Virus record (IMG/VR): IMGVR_UViG_3300045988_024504
Location: 1 to 55,451 of that record
Reading direction: 5' to 3' (one strand)
Source: a virus
DNA length: 55,451 nucleotides
Below are positions 41,532 to 50,094 of this stretch, piece by piece. The notes beneath the pieces were generated by a model. The model was not told the DNA's origin, did no database searches, and worked only from the letters and a program-made list of their open reading frames with translations. How positions within the stretch are numbered: position 1 is the first letter of the stretch; each line of letters begins with the position of its first letter. The translations under genes were made by a program, and so were the position numbers.

Positions 41532-41547
41532 AGTCGTTCTCCTTTCG

Positions 41548-42771
41548 TTACATCCACACGCATTCTTTGAACTGCTGTGTTTCCATCTGGAACGTGATGT
41601 CCAATGACCCCACGTTGCCCTCTTTGTTTTTCTCAAGCGCAAAGTGATAGTGCTGCTCCGGCCGCTTTTTCGTGGTCACGTTCTGCGCTAGCAGGATGAT
41701 TGCATCTGCGTCCTGCTCGATCTGTCCGCTTTCTCGAAGGTCTGCGGCGGTCGGTGGGATGCCCGCTCTTGCCGTTTCTCGATTGAGCTGTGCAAGTGCT
41801 ACCACCAGCGTTCCTGTGGACTGTGCAAACTCATGCAGTTCCATGCTGATTTCCGTGACAGCGCTGTATCGATCTTTCGCTCTGGCCTGATGGATAAGCT
41901 GCAAATAGTCGATGAACACTACTTTGGCCTGCATTCTGATGGATTGCGTTCTAATCCACCCAACACTCTTACCAGCGGCAGAGCGGACGAACAGAGGATA
42001 TTTCTTGATGGCTGCCAGCCGGTCAAGCTCGTCAATGCTGACGGTCTTGTTTTTGACCGTATGTAGCGGTACGCCTAACTGGTTTGCGATAATACGAGCA
42101 TAAAGCGTGTCTGGGTCTGTTTCTAGGCTGAAATACGCCACCTTGCGCCCGTTCTTGGCTATTTCACAGGCAAGTTGCAGAGACAGAGCGGTCTTACCAG
42201 CAGACGGTCTGCCGCCGATCACAACGAAGTTGCCCGGCACAAGATGCAAGTTGTTGTCCAGCACTTTAAGTCCTGTGCTGATATACTCCGGCTTATCATC
42301 CAACTTGCGGATGTAATTGTCTATGCCATCGCACATCGGGATGAAATCGCTTCTCTCGTTGTGTAAATTGATAGCTTCGCCTAGCTGCTCATAAATGCCC
42401 GTCAGGTCTGCGTATCTGGTCGAGCCATCAACGATTTTGAACGCAAGTTCTCTGGCTCTGGACAATGCTGCCTGTTCCTTGACGATTCCAGCCCATCCAA
42501 GCATCATGTCGTGGGTGACGTTGCGGATGAACTCTGCGCCGAAGGCATCAAGGCATTCGCTCATTGCTTTCTTGCAGTTATCGTACCGCCCCATGACTTC
42601 TACCGGGTTCCACTTGTCGTTGTGTTCCCAATAGCCACGAATGGCAGCGAACGTATCATGCAGTTCAGGGCAGAAATCGTCGATTTTGAGGTCTTGCAAC
42701 ACATCGGCATACTCAGAAAACGTAAGTACTGCCCCAAGCAGGATGTATTGGGTCTGATTTTCAATATTCAC
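41548..42771 (-). CDS. dnaB: Replicative DNA helicase DnaB
   Basis: It has the Walker A GGRPSAGKT. IDYLQL and the C-terminal RecA-like motifs are present. It is 407 aa. Confidence 0.9.
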   Translation of the reverse strand: MNIENQTQYILLGAVLTFSEYADVLQDLKIDDFCPELHDTFAAIRGYWEHNDKWNPVEVMGRYDNCKKAMSECLDAFGAEFIRNVTHDMMLGWAGIVKEQAALSRARELAFKIVDGSTRYADLTGIYEQLGEAINLHNERSDFIPMCDGIDNYIRKLDDKPEYISTGLKVLDNNLHLVPGNFVVIGGRPSAGKTALSLQLACEIAKNGRKVAYFSLETDPDTLYARIIANQLGVPLHTVKNKTVSIDELDRLAAIKKYPLFVRSAAGKSVGWIRTQSIRMQAKVVFIDYLQLIHQARAKDRYSAVTEISMELHEFAQSTGTLVVALAQLNRETARAGIPPTAADLRESGQIEQDADAIILLAQNVTTKKRPEQHYHFALEKNKEGNVGSLDITFQMETQQFKECVWM

Positions 42772-43448
42772 CGCAGAAAGTCTCCCTCGTCAGGCAATTC
42801 AGCCATTGTCTGCTGGTAGCCACCGTTCCAGTCCTTCACGTTACGCATCCAATTCCGTGCAGCAGCTTTCCAGTCTTTCATAGGCGACTTGCCGACCTTC
42901 CAGCCATTTGCCGTGAAGTGGTCAACAAACCGCTCTGCTTCTGATTCCATGTAGCCCTTCTCGGAAAAGTATTCTCTGGCTTGCTCGACAGTCGGAGCTT
43001 TAAAGCGTTTTACTTCGTTGGTATTTTTCTTTTCACATTTTTCTTTTTTATCAGATTCAGATACAGAATCAGATACAGATAAGTTACCATTCGTATCAGT
43101 TGGTATGTTTGGTATACCATTTATACCATTCGTATCCTGTGATACCATTGGTATGCTTTCGTATTTTTTATCGTTCCAACGCTTGTTTATATTTTTCTTG
43201 TTTGCTTCTCGTCTACGCTTATCACGTTCTTCCATCTTCTGCACGTTCATATCATCGAACGCCTTAACGACTTTCCAGAGCATCCGCATAGCACGATCGT
43301 CGTCGTACGCTGGCTCAATCCCAGTCTCAACATACTGTGCATAGTTGCGGACGAATGCTCCAAATTCCTCGTCTGTCACCTCGTCCATCGCATGAACGTG
43401 TTCCAACAGAAGAATCATTGATGTTCTCGGCTTGTGTCCCTGCTCCAT
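42768..43448 (-). CDS. Replisome-organiser / helicase-loader-like protein with conserved phage C-terminal domain
   Basis: The C-terminus is PTVEQAREYFSEKGY...FVDHFTANGWKVGKSPMKDWKAAARNWM. It lies directly upstream of and overlaps dnaB. It contains internal DNA repeats. Confidence 0.5.
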   Translation of the reverse strand: MEQGHKPRTSMILLLEHVHAMDEVTDEEFGAFVRNYAQYVETGIEPAYDDDRAMRMLWKVVKAFDDMNVQKMEERDKRRREANKKNINKRWNDKKYESIPMVSQDTNGINGIPNIPTDTNGNLSVSDSVSESDKKEKCEKKNTNEVKRFKAPTVEQAREYFSEKGYMESEAERFVDHFTANGWKVGKSPMKDWKAAARNWMRNVKDWNGGYQQTMAELPDEGDFLR

Positions 43449-43450
43449 AC

Positions 43451-43702
43451 TTAATCCTCTTTGTAACGGCTGTTCCACCGGCTGATGATTTCTTGTCGTC
43501 CGTCTTTTTCGTCATACGGTGACAAAACGCCATCTTCATCAAAGCTATAGTAAGCGCTATTGCTCATTGATGCATTATTACACTTTTCACACAGAATCAT
43601 CCATGTTGTGTGGTATCTTCTCTTTGAATCCACTTGATACAATCCATCGTGATATAACGTAGGAATAGACCCGCAGAACGGGCATCTCTTAAGTTCTTCC
43701 AT
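43451..43702 (-). CDS. Lar-family restriction-alleviation-like protein
   Basis: LKRCPFCGS...CEKC...ISRWNSR matches the Lar family pattern (CPFCG, a second Cys pair, WN.R). Confidence 0.6.
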   Translation of the reverse strand: MEELKRCPFCGSIPTLYHDGLYQVDSKRRYHTTWMILCEKCNNASMSNSAYYSFDEDGVLSPYDEKDGRQEIISRWNSRYKED

Positions 43703-43714
43703 TTTTAATCCTCC

Positions 43715-43996
43715 TCAGAATGGGCACTCAGCGTCAGATTCGCGCAGCCAGCCTTCGCCCGGAATGTTGACTATCTCATAATACTGCCGCGCAACGTAGA
43801 TTGTTTTCTGCCCATCCTCAGCAATCAGGCCGACAATCAGATAGTTGCCAGCAGCCATAAAGAACCAAGGGTTGCTCTTGTAAGTCTCGTCTTTCATCCA
43901 GTTCTTCATCCTGTTCACGGCTTTTTCAATGTCCTTGTCAGGGCAGTCCGGGTTGTCGTACGCAAAGAAATCTTCAGGAAATTTAAGCTTTTTCAC
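43715..43996 (-). CDS. Hypothetical protein, 93 aa
   Basis: ORF-track frame with a GTG start overlapping the upstream stop. Confidence 0.5.
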   Translation of the reverse strand: MKKLKFPEDFFAYDNPDCPDKDIEKAVNRMKNWMKDETYKSNPWFFMAAGNYLIVGLIAEDGQKTIYVARQYYEIVNIPGEGWLRESDAECPF

Positions 43997-44169
43997 TTTC
44001 TAAACCCCTCTCTCGTTCTCATAATTCGCTTATGAGCCTTTACAGGTTTTGTGCCTTTGCCGTACGCTGGGCGGATATGTTTTGCCTTGATGTACCCACA
44101 AGGCGGCTTCGGGTCAAAGTCTAAAAAGCTCAAGTTTATAATGATGATGCCAAACTTTTTGTTCGTCAT
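43993..44169 (-). CDS. Small basic protein, 58 aa
   Basis: Read manually: MTNKKFGIIIINLSFLDFDPKPPCGYIKAKHIRPAYGKGTKPVKAHKRIMRTREGFRK. AAGGAG lies upstream. Confidence 0.45.
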   Translation of the reverse strand: MTNKKFGIIIINLSFLDFDPKPPCGYIKAKHIRPAYGKGTKPVKAHKRIMRTREGFRK

Positions 44170-44181
44170 GTTTACTGCTCC

Positions 44182-44379
44182 TTACGCATACCATTTCGGT
44201 GCTTCGTTGAAGATTTCCACGCCTTTTGCAAAGCCCAGCTTTTCTAAAGTTTCACACATGATGCCGTCCATCATGCTGTGAACGATTTCTTCATCATCGC
44301 CGTACTTTTGGTATGCTTCCTGCATTTCTGTCGTGAATGTGTCAATCATATCTTTCGTAATAACGATATTATTTTCCAT
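44182..44379 (-). CDS. Hypothetical protein, 65 aa
   Basis: ORF-track frame trimmed to the ATG after GGAGGG. Confidence 0.5.
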   Translation of the reverse strand: MENNIVITKDMIDTFTTEMQEAYQKYGDDEEIVHSMMDGIMCETLEKLGFAKGVEIFNEAPKWYA

Positions 44380-44387
44380 AATCCCTC

Positions 44388-44621
44388 CTACACCATCGGA
44401 AACGCCATCCAATGCGTCACCGTTACATCTTTCGGCAGTCTTTCGCCTATCTCATCCCAGAACTGACCGTCTGCATAACAACCAAGAAAGTACGCTGTCG
44501 GCGAGAATCCTTGCAACATTTTTCCATTTTTATCACGCCACGTTGTCTTAGTCGCAAGCAACAAAGGCTGCGTCCGATCTCGTGGTTGTTCGCTTGCTGG
44601 ATGCCAAAGTGTGTTACTCAT
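44388..44621 (-). CDS. DUF551-like protein
   Basis: The C-terminus is VTVTHWMAFP. The ATG follows GGAGA. Confidence 0.5.
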   Translation of the reverse strand: MSNTLWHPASEQPRDRTQPLLLATKTTWRDKNGKMLQGFSPTAYFLGCYADGQFWDEIGERLPKDVTVTHWMAFPMV

Positions 44622-44908
44622 AACCTGTTCTCCATCAAAGAACCACAGTTCGGGCAGTAGTTGTAGCGGTCTCGGTTGTTTCTCGCATGGCAATTACTGC
44701 ACATGAACATCGTCTTATCTTCGTCTTGCGCAATCCATTCAGCGGTACGCTCTAAGGCTGTCGGCGCATCTTCCACAACGTCAATGGCATCGCCAATACC
44801 ACAAGCACGGCATCTAACTCCATTGTAGTTCTCGCAGCCATCGCAATATGCTTTCTTGATCCTTTCAATAAGTGCGTTTCGTTCAAGGTATTCTGGATAA
44901 TTATCCAT
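44618..44908 (-). CDS. Multi-Cys zinc-finger protein
   Basis: CDGC..CRAC...CSNC...CPNC. Confidence 0.55.
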   Translation of the reverse strand: MDNYPEYLERNALIERIKKAYCDGCENYNGVRCRACGIGDAIDVVEDAPTALERTAEWIAQDEDKTMFMCSNCHARNNRDRYNYCPNCGSLMENRL

Positions 44909-44922
44909 TGCCCTTTCTCCCT

Positions 44923-45288
44923 TCAATCTCCATCCCATACACCATCTGGGCGCATATTTGCAAACGCCAACAGTCCGTACAGCGCACGCTTTGCATTGCC
45001 TTCTGTTGCGTGCCAGTAGTCGCTATCGTCTACATCGTCACCTAGTGCGGAGATGGCCTTTTCAAGCATTGGGATGCTCTCTGCGCCTGTTTTGCCGTAG
45101 ATGGAGCGGATGCCGCCATCCCCAAACACTTCCGGTCGATAATAGAAGTGACTATAATTATAGGTGACGTTGAGCCACAGTTCTTTCGTTCCGCCCGTAG
45201 CGCGCATACCACCAGCGATAAAATGCGTGCTATCCGCTTTGAGTGGTTCGTGCGTTACTGGGTCGCACAGTGAAATATCATAACTCAT
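44923..45288 (-). CDS. Hypothetical protein, about 121 aa
   Basis: ORF-track frame trimmed to MSYDISLCDP. Confidence 0.55.
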   Translation of the reverse strand: MSYDISLCDPVTHEPLKADSTHFIAGGMRATGGTKELWLNVTYNYSHFYYRPEVFGDGGIRSIYGKTGAESIPMLEKAISALGDDVDDSDYWHATEGNAKRALYGLLAFANMRPDGVWDGD

Positions 45289-45481
45289 ATTCGTCCAGTT
45301 CCTTTTTGATTTGCTGGCGTTCAATCTGCTTCAATCTTGCCTTTGCCAGCTTGCGGTTGTCAGCCTTGCGAATAGCCCAGTTGTTGCGGTGGTTTGCCCA
45401 GCAAGCGTATCTGTGGCTAAATTCGCTTTGGTCGTACCAACCCTTGCCAATAAGCCCTTTATAGGTCTGCTGACGTTTCAT
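45278..45481 (-). CDS. Small basic protein
   Basis: ORF-track frame trimmed to the ATG after GGAGAGGA. Confidence 0.45.
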   Translation of the reverse strand: MKRQQTYKGLIGKGWYDQSEFSHRYACWANHRNNWAIRKADNRKLAKARLKQIERQQIKKELDEYEL

Positions 45482-45710
45482 CTTTCCTCTCCCATTCCTT
45501 GCAACCACGGTTGTCCCATACAAAGTCTGCAACGTGTTCTGATTGGTCGTTCACACACACGCCCTCCGGCTCTGCGTACCATTTGCAAGAGCCGCAGGAC
45601 GGCTCAGATTTGTTCTTACAGGATTCTGCCGTACATCGGATAGCCTTGCCAGCGGAGAACTGCTTGATACCCATGCAAGAGCAATGTTCGGTGGTGCAGT
45701 AGAAGTTCAT
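45459..45710 (-). CDS. Cys-rich protein, 83 aa
   Basis: ORF-track frame containing 9 Cys. Confidence 0.5.
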   Translation of the reverse strand: MNFYCTTEHCSCMGIKQFSAGKAIRCTAESCKNKSEPSCGSCKWYAEPEGVCVNDQSEHVADFVWDNRGCKEWERKDETSADL

Positions 45711-45928
45711 TCGATTTTCCTCCAGCCAATACGTTCGCAGTCACCCACTGTTACTGGGTCGCAACGGTGGGTGACTATTTCAATGGGCATTTCACCAGAT
45801 ATAAACACATTTACAGTTTTTGTTTTTTCAAAAAGTTTTTCAGCCGTGCTACGAGATAGGCTACCAAATGTAGCAATATTAAACACGGCATGGCATTGTT
45901 TGCATCTATAGATTCCGAGCAAAGTCAT
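45707..45928 (-). CDS. Zn-ribbon-like protein
   Basis: CKQC...HRC. The start is coupled to the upstream stop (ATGA). Confidence 0.45.
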   Translation of the reverse strand: MTLLGIYRCKQCHAVFNIATFGSLSRSTAEKLFEKTKTVNVFISGEMPIEIVTHRCDPVTVGDCERIGWRKIE

Positions 45929-46128
45929 TTTCTCATATCTCTCTTTCCCCTGTTGAACCGCCCGATCACGCACTTATACTCCTCATAGCACTCCGGGCAC
46001 AGGTCGCCTGTGTCCCTGCGCCACGCCCAATCTTTGAAGTATTCGTCAGGGTTCATCATCCTGCCGCCCAGAACCGCTCCGCAGCGGTCACATACTCGCT
46101 TGTGGTAGATTCCTCTGTCAGTTTGCAT
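45925..46128 (-). CDS. Zn-ribbon protein
   Basis: CDRC...CPEC. Trimmed to the internal ATG at 46128. Confidence 0.45.
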   Translation of the reverse strand: MQTDRGIYHKRVCDRCGAVLGGRMMNPDEYFKDWAWRRDTGDLCPECYEEYKCVIGRFNRGKRDMRK

Positions 46129-46333
46129 TAGATTCGCCTGCTTTCTTTTTAGATGCGCGTTTTTTATTTGGGCTTTTAATCTGCTGTGGTTCAATCTGCT
46201 GTGGGATGGAATCAATCAGATTCTTAAACTTCTGCATAGTTTGATACTCAGTCAAGCCAAACATAAACTGCGCTAGTTCTAATGGCGTTCCAACCTGTTC
46301 CGAACGACCGTCAGGATATGTAATGATTTTCAT
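46118..46333 (-). CDS. Hypothetical protein, 71 aa
   Basis: ORF-track frame. The start overlaps the upstream stop. Confidence 0.5.
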   Translation of the reverse strand: MKIITYPDGRSEQVGTPLELAQFMFGLTEYQTMQKFKNLIDSIPQQIEPQQIKSPNKKRASKKKAGESNAN

Positions 46334-47118
46334 TTCTCGTTCTCCACAACATCCTTAAACAGGATTTCTTTGTAAGCTTTCCAGTCTTTTATTTTGCATG
46401 GAATATCCGTGCCTGGCACGGTCTTTTTCAAACCATCCATCTGCCAGACGTTCCATGAGATGATAGCAGCCATGTTGCGAACTTTTCCAGCGTCAGGCTC
46501 TATGCCGAATAGCCACTTAAAGTTCTCTCGCCATGTCAGGAGCATATTTGCTCTTGCAAGCAACAGGCTGTCACCCTGCCACTCATAGCCGTATGTAGTC
46601 GTCGCTGCGTCCTCTGCCACATCGTGCCATGTCCAGACATTCCAATCAAACCAGTTGTTTACACATTTCAGTTTGCGATCAAATAGCCCTTTCCGTCTTG
46701 GTACTGGAATCTTTTTGCCCGTTACCGTGTCGTATCGGTTCACAAGGAATGGCGCTTCTCCGCAGGTGATTTCAAGAACTGTCGAATGGATGTACTTGAT
46801 AGGCTCTTTCTTCATATCGGGCATCGCACCGTTTTCTTCGCCCATGTCTATCATCTTTTCGCAGACCCAAGAAGGAGTGAAAACCTCTGCTTTTGCTTTG
46901 GTTCTTTGCTTCTGCTCATCCAGACGCTTGAGAACTCGTGGTACTGACGGGCACTTCTTGATTTGTTCTAACGTGATTTCATCCGTAAAGCCTGCGCCTA
47001 GTTCAGGCGGTGGCTCTGTCGCCCAGATGATGTTTTTGCCGGTAGTACGGTCTTTAAGCAAGATAAACAGCGCCGCCGAAAGAATCGGGTCGGAGAAGTC
47101 AACCAACCGTTGTTTCAT
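46330..47118 (-). CDS. N6-adenine-methyltransferase-like protein without a visible (D/N)PP(Y/F/W) motif, 262 aa
   Basis: AEVFTPSWVCEKM and LEITCGEAPFLVNRYD resemble the motif X/I region of gamma-class MTases. No NPPY-type motif appears anywhere in the ORF. Confidence 0.45.
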   Translation of the reverse strand: MKQRLVDFSDPILSAALFILLKDRTTGKNIIWATEPPPELGAGFTDEITLEQIKKCPSVPRVLKRLDEQKQRTKAKAEVFTPSWVCEKMIDMGEENGAMPDMKKEPIKYIHSTVLEITCGEAPFLVNRYDTVTGKKIPVPRRKGLFDRKLKCVNNWFDWNVWTWHDVAEDAATTTYGYEWQGDSLLLARANMLLTWRENFKWLFGIEPDAGKVRNMAAIISWNVWQMDGLKKTVPGTDIPCKIKDWKAYKEILFKDVVENEK

Positions 47119-47866
47119 TTTCCGTCACCTCTTTGTACTCCACGTCAATTCCTTTCGGCAAAGCCGTCTGATACTTCTGAGCCAACTGCTCTGCGCTCTG
47201 GGCGTCGCCCAACGGCTGTTCAGGCGGCGCAACGGTGACTTCCACGTTGTCACGCATACCAAAGTAGTTCTTGGCTCGGAAAATCCACTCTGCCGGGTTC
47301 TCCTGACCATACATACCGTTGTATGCCCACATGGACTGCATTTGCAGAATCAGCTTCAGTATGTACTTCTGCTGCAAGCTGTCGTCACGGCGTTTGCCCG
47401 CCATAATCTGCTTCAGGCTCACCCATTCGATGCCCAGAACCAGTGCAATCCATTCCACCACAGGGGAGATTCTAGCTTCGATGCAAGCGTCAAAAAAGAA
47501 ATCAAGGCGCTGCTGCACTTCAATCGGATTGTTCATGTCCACGCTCGGAAGATCTCCAAAATACTTGGCCGCAATCATTCCGATGACCTTCTTGTCCTCT
47601 TCATTGCCGATTCTCGACTGCAAATCGCCCGTATTCAGCATTTTAGACCTCGTGATTGCTAACTCCTGTTGTTCTTTCACCTTTTTACTCACCTGTGAGC
47701 GGATAGATTTCCGCTTGTTAAGCATCTGTTGTTTCTTTTTTTCACGCTCTTTCTCACGCTTCGCAGCGGCTTCTTCTTTCGCCTTTTGCGCCCGCTTCTC
47801 ACGCTTTTTCTTTTCAGCTTCGGTCAGCGGCGGTCTGCCACGACCGCGCTTCGGGGGTGTTGCCAT
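47099..47866 (-). CDS. terS: Terminase small subunit
   Basis: The N-terminus is basic. RLDFFFDACIEARISPVVEWIALVLGIEWVSL and ENPAEWIFRAKNYFGMRD resemble the TerS HTH and C-terminal patterns of Firmicutes phages. Confidence 0.6.
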   Translation of the reverse strand: MATPPKRGRGRPPLTEAEKKKREKRAQKAKEEAAAKREKEREKKKQQMLNKRKSIRSQVSKKVKEQQELAITRSKMLNTGDLQSRIGNEEDKKVIGMIAAKYFGDLPSVDMNNPIEVQQRLDFFFDACIEARISPVVEWIALVLGIEWVSLKQIMAGKRRDDSLQQKYILKLILQMQSMWAYNGMYGQENPAEWIFRAKNYFGMRDNVEVTVAPPEQPLGDAQSAEQLAQKYQTALPKGIDVEYKEVTENETTVG

Positions 47867-47869
47867 GTA

Positions 47870-48076
47870 TCAGACCTCCTTTGGCAGTTCAGGAAGGGGC
47901 ATCCAATGCGTAACGCTCCATGTTTTTGACGATAAATAAGAGCGGCGTTTCCAAATGTTCGTTTCTACATCGTAAAACGCCCTATCAGCAAATCTAACAG
48001 AAAGCCCTTGAACGACAACTAAATATGCGCCAGATTTTTCTGGTGTTCTGCTATCAACCGCAATCCAGTCTTTCAT
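47870..48076 (-). CDS. DUF551-like protein
   Basis: The C-terminus is SVTHWMPLPELP. AAGGAG precedes the ATG. Confidence 0.55.
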   Translation of the reverse strand: MKDWIAVDSRTPEKSGAYLVVVQGLSVRFADRAFYDVETNIWKRRSYLSSKTWSVTHWMPLPELPKEV

Positions 48077-48078
48077 TC

Positions 48079-48330
48079 TTACTCCTTGCCCGGAGCACAA
48101 GGCAATGGTGTCCAGTGTGTAATTTCTACGTTATACGGTCTATCGTCCAACGCAAATCCGGCATCATCTACCCATCCACTGGCGCACATAAAAGCTCTTC
48201 TGCATACTTCAACATTTTCTTCGTTTGTAAAAACCATGTTCTCGTTTACCGTGTTTTTCTCAAAGACGAGAACCCTAACACCGATTTCCGGCAATCGGTC
48301 GTGTATGCTAATCCATTCATTCATAATCAT
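48079..48330 (-). CDS. DUF551-like protein
   Basis: WISIHDRLPE... is followed by the C-terminal ITHWTPLP. Confidence 0.55.
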   Translation of the reverse strand: MIMNEWISIHDRLPEIGVRVLVFEKNTVNENMVFTNEENVEVCRRAFMCASGWVDDAGFALDDRPYNVEITHWTPLPCAPGKE

Positions 48331-48334
48331 GTTC

Positions 48335-48541
48335 TCACCTCTTCATCTTTATTTCGATGCTGTCCAGCTTCCGTGCAATCCACCAGACGGAACAGCGGTT
48401 GTCCAACTGTCGCCACCAAGCGCACTTTTCTTTCTCGCATACGCACCGGCCAAGCGGATTACTGGTCATCTTCATGGGGCAGTAAAGTTCGTTGTCCATC
48501 ACTTCCACCCCATCACAACAGCCGTACAAGCGATCAGACAC
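48335..48541 (-). CDS. Cys-rich protein, 68 aa
   Basis: ORF-track frame. Confidence 0.45.
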   Translation of the reverse strand: MSDRLYGCCDGVEVMDNELYCPMKMTSNPLGRCVCEKEKCAWWRQLDNRCSVWWIARKLDSIEIKMKR

Positions 48542-48681
48542 ACGTTGATGAATAGCCAGACGAGCATTGCCTGACGTTCTTCAAACAAGTTGTCTGCCAT
48601 GTTTTTGATTGTCCGTTCGGACTGAACTACCACCGCCAGCAGGACTAGGCAGACCAGCCAGCGAGTTGCAAATTCAAACAT
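48499..48681 (-). CDS. Two-TM membrane protein, 60 aa
   Basis: Hydrophobic segments are WLVCLVLLAVVV and LVWLFINVCLIACTAVV. Confidence 0.45.
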   Translation of the reverse strand: MFEFATRWLVCLVLLAVVVQSERTIKNMADNLFEERQAMLVWLFINVCLIACTAVVMGWK

Positions 48682-49557
48682 TGTTATCCTCCATCAAATC
48701 GTCCATGCTCAACTGACCACTGATGTTGTCATCTTCCATCCACCAGCGGAACACGTCCATGCCGGTCTGCCAGTCGCACGGCAAACCTTTTGCTTTTCTG
48801 ACATCAAGCATTCGTTCAAACGCTGAGATGTACATTTTCTCGTAGGCAGGCCAGCGCATAAACTCACGCTGTCTGCCCCCCTACCAGCCATAGGACAGCC
48901 GATGCAACCAACGCGCTTCTGCCCTTCGCAATACAATGGATTGATAGGCAAGTGTTCGTTGTGCGTGTAGTCCCATACATCATCGTCAGACCAGTCCACG
49001 ATCGGATTGACGGTCATCTTGCCCTTGAGATTACAGGTCTCGAACAGTTGTCGCTTTTCATCGTTGTCTCCCATAAGGATGATGCGCTTTTCCTTGTCAC
49101 GATGGCTAAACTCCATCGTTCCACGGTTCTTCTTTCTGTTTGTTGATTCAGCCCAGCGAACGCCGGTAGCGATAAATCTATCGCGATCAGTATTTTCTTT
49201 GAGAACGGCACAACAATACCGCACAAGTCTTGTCGGCGGCATCAGCTTTTGCGGAATCAGCGTCCACATAGACACGGGCTTGTCCTTGTATCGTGGCATG
49301 ACGATGGAGCATTTGATTCCACGTTCTTCCATCGCCTTGAACTGTTCACGGATGAAATAGACCGTCTCCGGCGCATCTGCTGTGGTATGGCTGTTGACCA
49401 CCTCAAAGTTGATTCCTGCACGTTCAGCCAGAGCCACAAGCACCTGTGAATCCTTACCGCCAGAGTATGTGACCATCAGCGGTTTCTTGTACCGATGCTC
49501 GGATAGCCGTGCAGCGTCCTGCAACCGTGCGATAGCAAGCTGTTCCTTATCACTCAT
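48674..49557 (-). CDS. PAPS-reductase / PP-loop family protein, split by a G6 tract as read
   Basis: The PP-loop SGGKDS is present. As read, the ORF is 48709..49557. Adding one G at 48876..48881 joins it in frame to 48674..48859 (RQREFMRWPAYEKMY...). Confidence 0.7.
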
Positions 49558-49780
49558 CTTTCACCTCATACCCAACGCACTTGGCTTCCTCTCCGCAAAC
49601 TGGACACTCAGGGAGCTTGCATTTGTTTACAACAGCAGTTGCAAAATAGTGGTCATTGATTTCGATTTCAGTTCCGCACAAAGTACATTTATATTTTGCT
49701 TTCAAAATCTGGTCATCTACGTTGGTTTCCCAAAGGATTTCATTGATTTGCTTATGTGAAAGAACTGCCATCAGCTCCAC
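49550..49780 (-). CDS. Zn-ribbon protein, 76 aa
   Basis: CTLC...CPVC. Confidence 0.5.
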   Translation of the reverse strand: MELMAVLSHKQINEILWETNVDDQILKAKYKCTLCGTEIEINDHYFATAVVNKCKLPECPVCGEEAKCVGYEVKDE

Positions 49781-50094
49781 CTTTCTCTCAGCTCTTTTTC
49801 GACTTGCTCCGACTTCGCTGTGATGTAATCTGCAAACTCGTCAGGGGTCATGTCCTCTTCTTTGAACTTGCCGACCATCTCCCAGTACCTGTCACCGATG
49901 CGGATGATTTTCTGTACCTGTTCATCGGTCAGGTCTGCATCGCACCGAAGGTTCTGAATCAGTGCACCCCATGTGGCAGCAATACCATCCAAAGCCATGC
50001 GGAAGCCGTACAACTGATTTTGCCGTGCGATTTTACGAAGGTTGGCTGACATCGCCTGTTTGCCGCTTAATGGGCGGTTTCCATGCTTATTCAT
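49771..50094 (-). CDS. Hypothetical protein, about 107 aa
   Basis: ORF-track frame trimmed to MNKHGNRP. Confidence 0.5.
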   Translation of the reverse strand: MNKHGNRPLSGKQAMSANLRKIARQNQLYGFRMALDGIAATWGALIQNLRCDADLTDEQVQKIIRIGDRYWEMVGKFKEEDMTPDEFADYITAKSEQVEKELRERWS

